A DNA stretch of 26,021 nt. Source: Nitrososphaerota archaeon (GTDB lineage: Archaea > Thermoproteota > Nitrososphaeria > Nitrososphaerales > UBA57). This document shows, in pieces, positions 8,876 to 17,049 of this stretch (positions are counted from its first letter, which is position 1; every line of letters starts with the position of its first letter). Under the pieces are notes generated by a model, which saw nothing but the letters and a program-made list of their open reading frames with translations, made no database searches and was not told where the DNA came from. Made by a program: the position numbers and the translations under genes. The DNA lies in the NCBI GenBank assembly GCA_013378385.1, contig JACAFS010000007.1:1-26021 (forward strand), read 5' to 3'.

Positions 8876-9310
8876 ATGATGGAAAAGAAAATACAGCAAT
8901 TGATTATTGATTTGGCAATGTTTTCAATTGGTTTGGCATTAACAATTGCAGGTGTATTTCTAACTGACGGAATATGGTTAGTTAGTGGAGTAATATTAGT
9001 AGCTATTCCTGTTATAAGATCCAAGGGGTTAGGTAGTTTTTCAAAAATAAGTGGAATAAATAATATAAACATAGATGTAAATATTGAAAAAGAAGCATGC
9101 ATGGGAGTAGGAAGTTGCGTGGCAATAGCGCCACAAGTATTCAAAATTGACGAAGCGAGTTTAAAATCTTCATTCATGGCATATGCACCACTCGAAGTAT
9201 TGGATAAGAAAGGAGCCAGTAACCAAACAATTTTAGAAGCTGCACAATCCTGTCCATATAAAGCCATAATAGTTGAAGATAAGGATTCAAACGAACAGAT
9301 TTTTCCATAA
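8876..9310 (+). CDS. Membrane-tethered single-cluster ferredoxin (two N-terminal TM helices plus a Pyrococcus-type Fd domain with three Cys ligands)
   Basis: CMGVGSCVAIAPQVF ... AAQSCPYKAI matches the C-x2-X-x2-C ... C-P pattern of monocluster ferredoxins, with Val at the variable second-ligand position. N-terminal hydrophobic helices are FSIGLALTIAGVFL and IWLVSGVILVAIPVI. Confidence 0.75.
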   Translation: MMEKKIQQLIIDLAMFSIGLALTIAGVFLTDGIWLVSGVILVAIPVIRSKGLGSFSKISGINNINIDVNIEKEACMGVGSCVAIAPQVFKIDEASLKSSFMAYAPLEVLDKKGASNQTILEAAQSCPYKAIIVEDKDSNEQIFP

Positions 9311-9396
9311 AATCGACATATTTTGCTACTAATATTTAATTGTTGAACCTAAGGTTTTTATTGTTACAATGTTGAGTTTTAATGTGGTAAATGTAA

Positions 9397-9969
9397 ATGT
9401 CTAGTCGCGTAGAAACTGAGAAAGTAGCAACGTGGTTTGTATATGTTGCAGTAATTAATACAATTTTATCATTACTATATGTTACAGTATTTTTACTTCC
9501 AGATACAATTGGAAATGGAAACATCCCACCTAAAGGAGATTTATTTTCGCTATCCACGGCGGTGGCGACTTTTCCTGGAACTTGGTTATTAATAGCATTC
9601 CTCATACACGTTTCTGTAGGAATATTAGGAATGGTAGGATGGGCAGGAACTTACTATATATCTTCTAGAGTAATGAATAAGAAAACTACTAACAAATTAT
9701 TGGCACGAGGTCATCTTGTTGTCACCGCATTAGGAGTTTATGTTACAACGACATTCTTTGCATTAGCAGGTTTCATAGGAGGGCGAGCAATGCTTCCTGA
9801 TACAGCTTGTGTAGTACTTGTTGATCAATGTATGGGAGCTGGTATGGCAATTGTTCAGACTTTAATTACATTCACGGTAATTCCAACAGGTGCAGGAATG
9901 GGATTGGCACTGACTGGAACGGCAATAGGAATAATAAATATACTAGTAACGCTAAGACAAGAACAGTAA
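9397..9969 (+). CDS. Four-TM membrane protein, paralogue A of a tandem pair, unknown family
   Basis: Shares INTI...LLP...FPGTWL...G(I/V)(L/I)GM(V/L)GW...PTG...L(I/V)G(I/V)(I/L)NI with the next ORF. Hydrophobic throughout. Confidence 0.6.
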   Translation: MSSRVETEKVATWFVYVAVINTILSLLYVTVFLLPDTIGNGNIPPKGDLFSLSTAVATFPGTWLLIAFLIHVSVGILGMVGWAGTYYISSRVMNKKTTNKLLARGHLVVTALGVYVTTTFFALAGFIGGRAMLPDTACVVLVDQCMGAGMAIVQTLITFTVIPTGAGMGLALTGTAIGIINILVTLRQEQ

Positions 9970-9975
9970 ATTCGT

Positions 9976-10470
9976 ATGTCAGATTTAATTGAAACAAATT
10001 TAGTGTCAAAGTATTTTCTAATACTTGCTTTAATTAATACAATCGCAGCTATTTGTTTTACTTTACCAATACTGCTTCCTACTTCAGGACTTCCATTAAT
10101 TATAGGTGCTTTTCCTGGAACATGGCTCATAGTAGGATATTTTGTATTCCTAATAGTAGGAGTGATTGGAATGCTAGGATGGAGTATAGTTTATAGTTCT
10201 ATGCCATCAATGTTCAATAAACATCAAACATCTAAGAGATTATCAATAATTCAGATAGTATTCAGTGAACTTGCAATATACGGTGTTGCGTCAACAATTT
10301 CATTTATAGGATGGCAAGGCGGTCAAGCATTAAGACAGGGTTTGTCCATTGCATCTGTAGGATTTTTAATTGAACCGTTTGTTTTACCTACAGGAGTATT
10401 TGTTGCACTGGTATTATTAGGACAATTAATTGGCGTGTTAAATATATTTTCGACAATCAGGATGAAATAA
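9976..10470 (+). CDS. Four-TM membrane protein, paralogue B of a tandem pair, unknown family
   Basis: Starts 6 nt after paralogue A's stop. Collinear similarity to A, for example AFPGTWLIVGYFVFLIVGVIGMLGWS versus TFPGTWLLIAFLIHVSVGILGMVGWA. Confidence 0.6.
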   Translation: MSDLIETNLVSKYFLILALINTIAAICFTLPILLPTSGLPLIIGAFPGTWLIVGYFVFLIVGVIGMLGWSIVYSSMPSMFNKHQTSKRLSIIQIVFSELAIYGVASTISFIGWQGGQALRQGLSIASVGFLIEPFVLPTGVFVALVLLGQLIGVLNIFSTIRMK

Positions 10471-10475
10471 TATAA

Positions 10476-12017
10476 TTATTTAGATTTGCCATGGTATACA
10501 TCATTAATTCGTAGAATAGAATTAGCAGCTTCAGTAGCAGTAATTAACATTTGTCTCTTCATATAGGAAGACTCGATAATTTTTGGGTTTTTTGTAGATG
10601 ATAACTTCCTATTTACATAATCAAGGCAGACATACTTGTCAGATGACGGTTGAGAATTCCTAGCCGCCACAATTAGGTCAATATTATTAAAACCTGCATT
10701 GAGTGCAAGAGTGATCGGGATTAGTTCTATAGCGTTAGAATATGATTTAATTGCCAATTGTTGGAGACCGTCAATAGGAACGGAAAATGAGCGAAGTTGA
10801 TTTGAAAGAATAAACTCGAACCAACCACGTCCGAATACTGCATACGGATTTTGTAGGGAAACTTGGATCAATGATAGAATTCTAGTAAGAATATCCTCAT
10901 AAAGATCACTATATCGTTGTGTTTCGGTACGAATTAGGATAGTATTGGATTTATGATTAGATCCATGATCAAGTACAAACCAGTTTTTATCATACATTTT
11001 CATAGATGTTAGATTTGAACAATAACCAACAGTATTTGAAGTTATTTCTTTCACATTGTTTGTTATAATACAACCAGTAGATTTTTCAATAAGTTCAAGA
11101 GATTTCATCGGAACACGTTTTACTGTAAGAATACCTAATGAATCAAGTTTAGAAATTAATGAATCATCAATAGTTTTATGACTAAATAATACATTTATGC
11201 CAGCGTCAATTAATGGTTTAATAGAATCAGATAATATTTGTTTTTCAGTTTTTTTGAATTCTCCCAAAAGATTTGGGTCGTCAATCGTAATTTCTTTTTT
11301 TATTCCGTCCGTAGAGATTGCCAAAGGTGATGAAAGAATTGCGATTCTTGCATCGGTAATTGGCAAGTGTTCAGATTTAGATAATGGGTCTCCATCAAAA
11401 ACAATTCCGTCGACCAATCTACTATTCAATGTAGAATCTCCTCCATGGCTCAGTATGTTTACATAATTGGTAGTCTTATAATCAGATAAAGAAGGATCAA
11501 TACTAGAGATCGCATCTATTGTTAATTGTGAAAGTTTGTCAGATTCCAATTTTCCAAACTTAGAAGATAGAGAGGAGTAAACAAGAGTTTTCCATTGAGA
11601 TTTACTTTTGATGGGAAACTTGAGAGAATCAAGTAAAGATAGAGAAAAATCTAGAGATTTGTTATATCCGTCAACAATAATATTGGGATGGATGCCTTTT
11701 TCCAGATTGAGGCGTGCCTGTTCAAGTAAAAATGAAGTAAGAAGAATGGCAGAAATTGTACCATCGCCCACGTGTTTTACCATGGTTTCCGAGACGTCCA
11801 ACAGGATTTTAGCAACAGGATGGTCTAGTTCGGATTTCTCAAGAATAGAATTGCCATCACGAAGAACGAATGCATCGCCATAATTATTCACGGTTAATTT
11901 TTCAAGTCCAAATGGTCCAAATGTACTAAGAGTCATTTGACCAATCAATTTTGATGCGTCAAAAAGATTCTGTCTGGAAGAATTTAATTTAGATTTAGAA
12001 TAATTGTTTTTGTTCAT
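10476..12017 (-). CDS. Group II chaperonin (thermosome/CCT) homologue with degenerate ATP-site motifs
   Basis: Collinear with thermosome subunits: GPFGLEKL (canonical GPKGMDKM), RDGNSIL (NDGATIL), HPVAKILLDVS, VGDGTIS (GDGTTT), GIHPNIIVDGY, VKRVPMKSLELIEKSTGC, AIELIPITLALNAG, ILRINDV. The GGGAxE position reads GRGWFE. Confidence 0.85.
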   Translation of the reverse strand: MNKNNYSKSKLNSSRQNLFDASKLIGQMTLSTFGPFGLEKLTVNNYGDAFVLRDGNSILEKSELDHPVAKILLDVSETMVKHVGDGTISAILLTSFLLEQARLNLEKGIHPNIIVDGYNKSLDFSLSLLDSLKFPIKSKSQWKTLVYSSLSSKFGKLESDKLSQLTIDAISSIDPSLSDYKTTNYVNILSHGGDSTLNSRLVDGIVFDGDPLSKSEHLPITDARIAILSSPLAISTDGIKKEITIDDPNLLGEFKKTEKQILSDSIKPLIDAGINVLFSHKTIDDSLISKLDSLGILTVKRVPMKSLELIEKSTGCIITNNVKEITSNTVGYCSNLTSMKMYDKNWFVLDHGSNHKSNTILIRTETQRYSDLYEDILTRILSLIQVSLQNPYAVFGRGWFEFILSNQLRSFSVPIDGLQQLAIKSYSNAIELIPITLALNAGFNNIDLIVAARNSQPSSDKYVCLDYVNRKLSSTKNPKIIESSYMKRQMLITATEAANSILRINDVYHGKSK

Positions 12018-13495
12018 TTATTTCCACGAATTAGAGCTATAAAGATGCCAAGTACGGCAATTATAAAGCCAATAAAGAAAGCTTGACTAAGGCCTCCGAC
12101 ATATTGTGTAACGGATATTGATCCACCCACATTATAGATGTCTTCAGAAAGAAACAATCCAACGGTAGAAGCTCCAATAGCAAGACTTAGAGCCTGTCCA
12201 AGATGTCTCATTGTTCCTAACATACCATTGGCTAAACTTCGGTCCTCAGAGCTTACTGACGAGAGATTTGCATTAGTATTTGGTGCAGCAAACAAGGAAA
12301 GACCAATTCCCATAATCACGAGTGAGACTTCGATGAATAATATCGAAGACGACATAGTAAGACGACTCATTAAAAGGAGAGAGACAGCTACAATTGCCAT
12401 CCCTAAAGCACTAAGTTCTCGAGAAGATATGAGTTTAGAGTATTTGCCAACGGCAATAGAAGTAATTACCACTGTAAAAGGAAATGCAGAAATCATAAAA
12501 GCGGCTTCAATTGGATCGATTAGTCTGATCAGTTGTAAATAAAAAGAAATCATAACAAGAGCATTGTAATGTGAAGTATACATAAACAAAGCAGTAAGAT
12601 TAGTAGACAAAAATAACCTATTTTTACTAAGCATTTTGATATCAAGTATAGGATTTTTGGCTTTAAATTCAACTATAATGAATACAAGCAGAAATGCTAG
12701 TGAGAGTATGGGAAGAATCAGTAATGGAATTGATATAGCAATGCGTGACCAGATATGAAAATTACCTAACATTGGAAGAAATATCTCTTCGATGTAGAGA
12801 TCTACACTAGTCCAGCTTTCCCTAGGTCCAAATGTAATGGCAATAAGAAGGCATGATAAGGAAGATGCAAAAAAGAAAGAACCAAGCCAATCCATAGATT
12901 TATTGAGAGATTTTTTACTTTCGGTAAGTTTAGATGATACAACAGGAAGCAGAGCAAGTCCCAAAGGAACATTTATGAAGAAAACATTCCTCCAGCCAAT
13001 ATATTCAGTAATTACTGCGCCTAATGCGGGACCAGTAGCTATTGCAAGGTATATTACAGTAACATGAATACTCATTGCCATTCTTCGTTCTTCAGGAGGA
13101 AAAGCGTCAGTAATTATTGCACGACTATTAACTAATAATAGTGCAGCCCCGATAGCCTGAACAATTCTGAATATTAATAATTCCGCAATAGTTTGTGACA
13201 TTCCACTAAAAAATGAACCTATTACAAATATTCCCAATCCAATTACAAAATACTTTTTTCTTCCATGAATATCAGAGAATCGACCAAAGCTGGTCATAAA
13301 AGTTGTAAGTATAATCAAATAGATTACAGAAACCCATATTGCAATTTCAATTCCAGTTTGGAAATCTCTTGCAATATTTGGTAACACCAGTGCAACAATA
13401 CCGGTATCTAGAGGTGCCAAAAATGTAGCTATATTGACAACGACCAGAGTCATCCATTTATGTTCAGAAAGATAATCAGAAAGAGATTTGGACAT
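12014..13495 (-). CDS. MFS transporter, DHA2 (EmrB/QacA-like, 14-TM) type
   Basis: LDTGIVALVLPNIARDF, GRFSDIHGRKKYFVIGLGIF (MFS motif A-like), RIVQAIGAALL and WRNVFFINVPLG are typical of the DHA2 drug:H+ antiporter family. The 493 aa sequence has many TM helices. Confidence 0.88.
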   Translation of the reverse strand: MSKSLSDYLSEHKWMTLVVVNIATFLAPLDTGIVALVLPNIARDFQTGIEIAIWVSVIYLIILTTFMTSFGRFSDIHGRKKYFVIGLGIFVIGSFFSGMSQTIAELLIFRIVQAIGAALLLVNSRAIITDAFPPEERRMAMSIHVTVIYLAIATGPALGAVITEYIGWRNVFFINVPLGLALLPVVSSKLTESKKSLNKSMDWLGSFFFASSLSCLLIAITFGPRESWTSVDLYIEEIFLPMLGNFHIWSRIAISIPLLILPILSLAFLLVFIIVEFKAKNPILDIKMLSKNRLFLSTNLTALFMYTSHYNALVMISFYLQLIRLIDPIEAAFMISAFPFTVVITSIAVGKYSKLISSRELSALGMAIVAVSLLLMSRLTMSSSILFIEVSLVIMGIGLSLFAAPNTNANLSSVSSEDRSLANGMLGTMRHLGQALSLAIGASTVGLFLSEDIYNVGGSISVTQYVGGLSQAFFIGFIIAVLGIFIALIRGNK

Positions 13496-13559
13496 ATACG
13501 ACTAGATTATAATGAATTAGACTATAAATTGTTCCGAAAAATATTATAAGATATATGAA

Positions 13560-14162
13560 TTAAGTTTTTTCTGATTGTTCACGGATTTCATTTTCTGTGA
13601 CAATAAGTATATCTATACCATCGCCAGATGCAGCATCACGATTTACTGCAGAACGAATAGATTTTATAGCCAAATCAACTGCTTCTTGTTCAGTAAGGTT
13701 TTGCTTATATTCTGATTCAACAACACCTATTGCCAATTCGGCACCAGTGCCAACAGTAGCATATTCATCAGGAATAACAGAACCTAATGGATCAAGAACA
13801 TATACAGCAGGTTTACTATTTTCGATGCCTGCAAGTATCACTTGAGTCATCATAGGAAACCATTTTTGTTGATACATAATTACACCCATTAACTTTGCAA
13901 TAGAATTAGGTGGAACTGGTTGATTTGTCTCTAATTGTAAGATTTTTGTGTGTGCTGTTACTTCACGCATAAGTATATTCATATCAGCAATCATGCCTGC
14001 TGCGACTGCACCCACTGTATCAGTAATTTTGAAGACTTTTTTTCCAGATCGGCTGACAAGATGTGTGCCATAGGAAACGCGTTTTTCTGCGCCTAAAACA
14101 ACTCCGTTGTCAAATGTTATACCAACTGCAGTTGCTCCTGGAATCTGATAAGGCATTGCCAT
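13560..14162 (-). CDS. psmB: Proteasome beta subunit
   Basis: A short propeptide (MAMPYQIPGA) is followed by TAVGITFDNGVVLGAEKR with the N-terminal Thr. GAVAAGMIADMN and TVGTGAELA segments are present. Length is 200 aa. Confidence 0.92.
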   Translation of the reverse strand: MAMPYQIPGATAVGITFDNGVVLGAEKRVSYGTHLVSRSGKKVFKITDTVGAVAAGMIADMNILMREVTAHTKILQLETNQPVPPNSIAKLMGVIMYQQKWFPMMTQVILAGIENSKPAVYVLDPLGSVIPDEYATVGTGAELAIGVVESEYKQNLTEQEAVDLAIKSIRSAVNRDAASGDGIDILIVTENEIREQSEKT

Positions 14163-14187
14163 ATTACAGGATTAATTATTATCCTTT

Positions 14188-15228
14188 TTAAGGATTAATG
14201 GAAACGATATAACAGAATTTATTTTTTTTATCAATTTGATAATTCATTCCGGTAATGAATTTGCATAAATCAAGGTTAGTTTGTAGATGAGAACTAACAT
14301 ATGATGTGGAGAATTGAGATGAAGTTTTTGAGAGTGAGAGAAATGGAATAATCATATCTGCAAGATGGTGATCAACTGTACACTTTGATATATACTCAGA
14401 AAGGAATTTTTTAGAACATTTTTGACCTAACGTTGTTGAGTGGTTGGCATTAGTTTCTAGAACATCAGATCCAATGAAACAATTATTAGAAGTACTAGAA
14501 ATGCAAATGCCTGATGAAAAAGAATCAGATTCATGAGTAGAAGTGTGTATTGAGTCTACAGCAATATTATGTTGTTCCAAGAAAGTTTTTGCATATAAAC
14601 ACTGTTCTTCAATTTTGTTTTGGGACAGAGTATCTGGCGAGTCGGTAGTTATGATTCCGTCAATTTTTATATTTGAATATTCAGGTTCAGTAATGGAAAT
14701 AGATTTTATCTGTGTGGGAGATTTAACCTTGAAGATAATCTTACCGTTGCCTTTAGGGTAGAAACCGCGTTGAACAATTGATGCAGAGATTGAGAATCCA
14801 AATTTTTCTAGTATCGGGATAATAATTTTGCAAAGATAATCAGTAGAAGGGCTCCAATTTACATCGGTGCCGCCCGAAATAGTAAACATAAACGTTTTAC
14901 CAGAAATACTGATTGTTTGTAAAAGAGATTGGAACAGGAGAGTAATACTACCTGCAGTACCAATATTGATGTCAAGGTTTTTTGCAGAAATTTTATCGGG
15001 ATATAGAGAAATTTTAGTAGAATTTAGATGGAGTCCTTCTGCGTCAGAGTTACTGAGTTCTGCAATTGTTTTTATTGATTGTAGATGTTGAGGTCGAAGA
15101 CCAGGTTTAGGTCGATTAGAACGTATATTATCAATCTGTATAGGTTCTCCAAGAGCTGCGGCTAGAGAAACAGAGGTTCGTAAGATTTGACCGCCTCCCT
15201 CTCCTTGTGAGCCGTTAATTTTTATCAT
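14188..15228 (-). CDS. rtcA: RNA 3'-terminal phosphate cyclase
   Basis: GSQGEGGGQILRTSVSLAAALGEPIQIDNIRSNRPKPGLRPQHL is the canonical RtcA N-terminus. VDHHLADMIIPFLSL contains the adenylylated-His region. Confidence 0.92.
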   Translation of the reverse strand: MIKINGSQGEGGGQILRTSVSLAAALGEPIQIDNIRSNRPKPGLRPQHLQSIKTIAELSNSDAEGLHLNSTKISLYPDKISAKNLDINIGTAGSITLLFQSLLQTISISGKTFMFTISGGTDVNWSPSTDYLCKIIIPILEKFGFSISASIVQRGFYPKGNGKIIFKVKSPTQIKSISITEPEYSNIKIDGIITTDSPDTLSQNKIEEQCLYAKTFLEQHNIAVDSIHTSTHESDSFSSGICISSTSNNCFIGSDVLETNANHSTTLGQKCSKKFLSEYISKCTVDHHLADMIIPFLSLSKTSSQFSTSYVSSHLQTNLDLCKFITGMNYQIDKKNKFCYIVSINP

Positions 15229-15250
15229 TAGAACAATAAATACAATGGGG

Positions 15251-15259
15251 ATTTAAATA
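15251..15259 (+). promoter_or_regulatory. Candidate TATA box for the NMNAT gene
   Basis: ATTTAAATA lies only about 13 nt from the ATG at 15268 but about 31 nt from the in-frame ATG at 15286. This favours a near-leaderless transcript beginning MKAGILVGRFQP. Confidence 0.35.
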
Positions 15260-15267
15260 GAATTTCT

Positions 15268-15789
15268 ATGACTAAAATAGGGGATATGAAAGCAGGAATA
15301 CTAGTAGGAAGGTTTCAACCATTACACAAAGGACATGTAGAAGCTATAGAATTCGCAAAAAACAATTCAGATAAACTATACATAATTGTAGGAAGTGCAG
15401 AAAAAAGTAATCAGAAAAGAAATCCTTTTTCATTTGAAGAGAGAAAAAGAATGATTGAATTAGCAATAAATGAAAAAGAATTGCAAGATAATATTTCTAT
15501 TGTTCCAATAAACGACGCAAACAATCATATGGAATGGATAGCATCGATTAAGAATACAATAGGAGAATATAATTTGATTTTCACAAATGATGAATTAACA
15601 GAAAGATTGTTCAAGAAAGAGGAGAAAGAGGTAATAAACGTGCCATTGATAGAGAGGAAGGTACTATCTGCTACAGAGGTAAGAAATAGACTAGAATTAG
15701 ATAAAGAATGGAAGTCATTGGTAATACCTGAAATAGCAGATTATTTAACAGAAATAAATGCAGTAGAACGAATGAGATCTATAATTTAG
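15268..15789 (+). CDS. nadM: Nicotinamide-nucleotide adenylyltransferase, archaeal type
   Basis: GILVGRFQPLHKGHVEAI (H-x-G-H nucleotidyltransferase motif) and the SATEVR C-terminal motif. About 170 aa. The true start may be the ATG at 15286. Confidence 0.9.
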   Translation: MTKIGDMKAGILVGRFQPLHKGHVEAIEFAKNNSDKLYIIVGSAEKSNQKRNPFSFEERKRMIELAINEKELQDNISIVPINDANNHMEWIASIKNTIGEYNLIFTNDELTERLFKKEEKEVINVPLIERKVLSATEVRNRLELDKEWKSLVIPEIADYLTEINAVERMRSII

Positions 15790-16951
15790 AGAGGTTTTTT
15801 AATGCTGCGTTTATTGCTGCGTCAGTATTTGCCTTAAATCCGAGTCGGTTAAGATTATTTGCAATTGAAGAAATTGTAGTCAGAACATAGTATTCATTAA
15901 TCATGCCGAGACTTCCAACTCGGAATATCTTTCCTGCATAATCACCAAAACCTCCAGCAACTACGACACCGTAGTTTTTAGATAATGAACCACGAAATTC
16001 TTTGTCGTCTAATCCCTCAGGATATGCAATAGATACGACTGTATTGGATCGAGCTTTTGGTTCGCCAAAGAGTTGCAAACCCATTGCTTCAAATGCATCA
16101 TAAAATGCCTTAGCGCAAACCTGATGTCGAACATAACGATTCTCCATTCCTTCTTCAATCATAATATCAAATGCTTTGTTCAAAGCAAAATAGACAGGTA
16201 AACATGGAGTGAAAGGAGTTTGTTTTACTTTATCGGACATTTTTATATAACGTGGAAGATTGAGAAAATGAAGTTTCTGAGGATCCTTGAACATTTGTTC
16301 TTTGTATCGTTTACTAAGTGCAATCATAGCTAATCCAGGAGGTGCTGCACAGGACTTTTGACTTCCAGTAGCAATAAAATCAATATTATAATCTTCAAGA
16401 GGCATTTTATCTGCACCCCAATTAGAAACTGCGTCAGCTACAAGAAATGCACCGTACTTCGATGTTAGATCTCCAGCTTCTTTGAGCCAGTGACACATTG
16501 CACCAGATGATGTTTCATTAGTTACGATATACACAGCTTTAGTATCAGGATTTTTTTCCAAAGCGCGTTCTAAATCAGACAAAGAAGGAAAATCTCCGTA
16601 ATCGGCAACTAGTTCAATAGCAGAAGCACCAACACTAGATATTTGTTCGGAAACTCTTCCACCAAATTCTCCACAGACAGTAACTATTGCTTTATCATCT
16701 TTTCGAAGAATGTTTGTTATACTGGCCTCTACGGCTGCAGTGCCAGAAGAGGATAAATAAATGACGTCTTCGTTACATTCAAAGAGAATCTTTCCCTTAC
16801 GAATCATCTCTTTCATGATGGAACTGAAATCAGTTGTTCTGTGTCCAATACTAGGAGCAACCATTGCCTGAGTTACCTCAATAGGCACATTAGTTGGTCC
16901 GGGAAGCATGATTAATTTCTGAAATGTGGCATTGTTTGCATTTATTGACAT
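15779..16951 (-). CDS. Class V PLP-dependent aminotransferase (serine/alanine-glyoxylate or archaeal phosphoserine aminotransferase type)
   Basis: MLPGPTNVP N-terminus, SSGTAAVEA, DAVS, and GSQKSCAAPPGLAMI carrying the PLP lysine. Length is 390 aa. Confidence 0.88.
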   Translation of the reverse strand: MSINANNATFQKLIMLPGPTNVPIEVTQAMVAPSIGHRTTDFSSIMKEMIRKGKILFECNEDVIYLSSSGTAAVEASITNILRKDDKAIVTVCGEFGGRVSEQISSVGASAIELVADYGDFPSLSDLERALEKNPDTKAVYIVTNETSSGAMCHWLKEAGDLTSKYGAFLVADAVSNWGADKMPLEDYNIDFIATGSQKSCAAPPGLAMIALSKRYKEQMFKDPQKLHFLNLPRYIKMSDKVKQTPFTPCLPVYFALNKAFDIMIEEGMENRYVRHQVCAKAFYDAFEAMGLQLFGEPKARSNTVVSIAYPEGLDDKEFRGSLSKNYGVVVAGGFGDYAGKIFRVGSLGMINEYYVLTTISSIANNLNRLGFKANTDAAINAALKNLSKL

Positions 16952-17013
16952 ATATTTTCAGAATAATATAATCCATAGATACAGATAACTTTTTCGAAGT
17001 TTCGTAAGCACTA

Positions 17014-17026
17014 ATTTATTTTTATA
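17014..17026 (+). promoter_or_regulatory. Candidate TATA box for the FKBP gene (leaderless geometry)
   Basis: ATTTATTTTTATA is centred about 27 nt upstream of the ATG at 17050. Confidence 0.4.
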
Positions 17027-17049
17027 CTTCCACTGTAAGATAATAATCT

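Noticed and set aside
8857-9267. 136-aa minus-strand ORF overlapping the ferredoxin gene
   Set aside because: The plus-strand frame carries a clear ferredoxin cluster motif and sits behind a properly spaced TATA box. The minus-strand product is low-complexity with no motif, so it is most likely an antisense artefact of AT-rich DNA.
16952-17049. Leaderless promoter for the aminotransferase gene on the minus strand
   Set aside because: The best TATA-like element (about 16962-16972) is only about 16 nt from the ATG at 16951, so the spacing does not fit. The true start may be the internal Met (KLIMLPGP) or the promoter may lie elsewhere. I left it uncalled.
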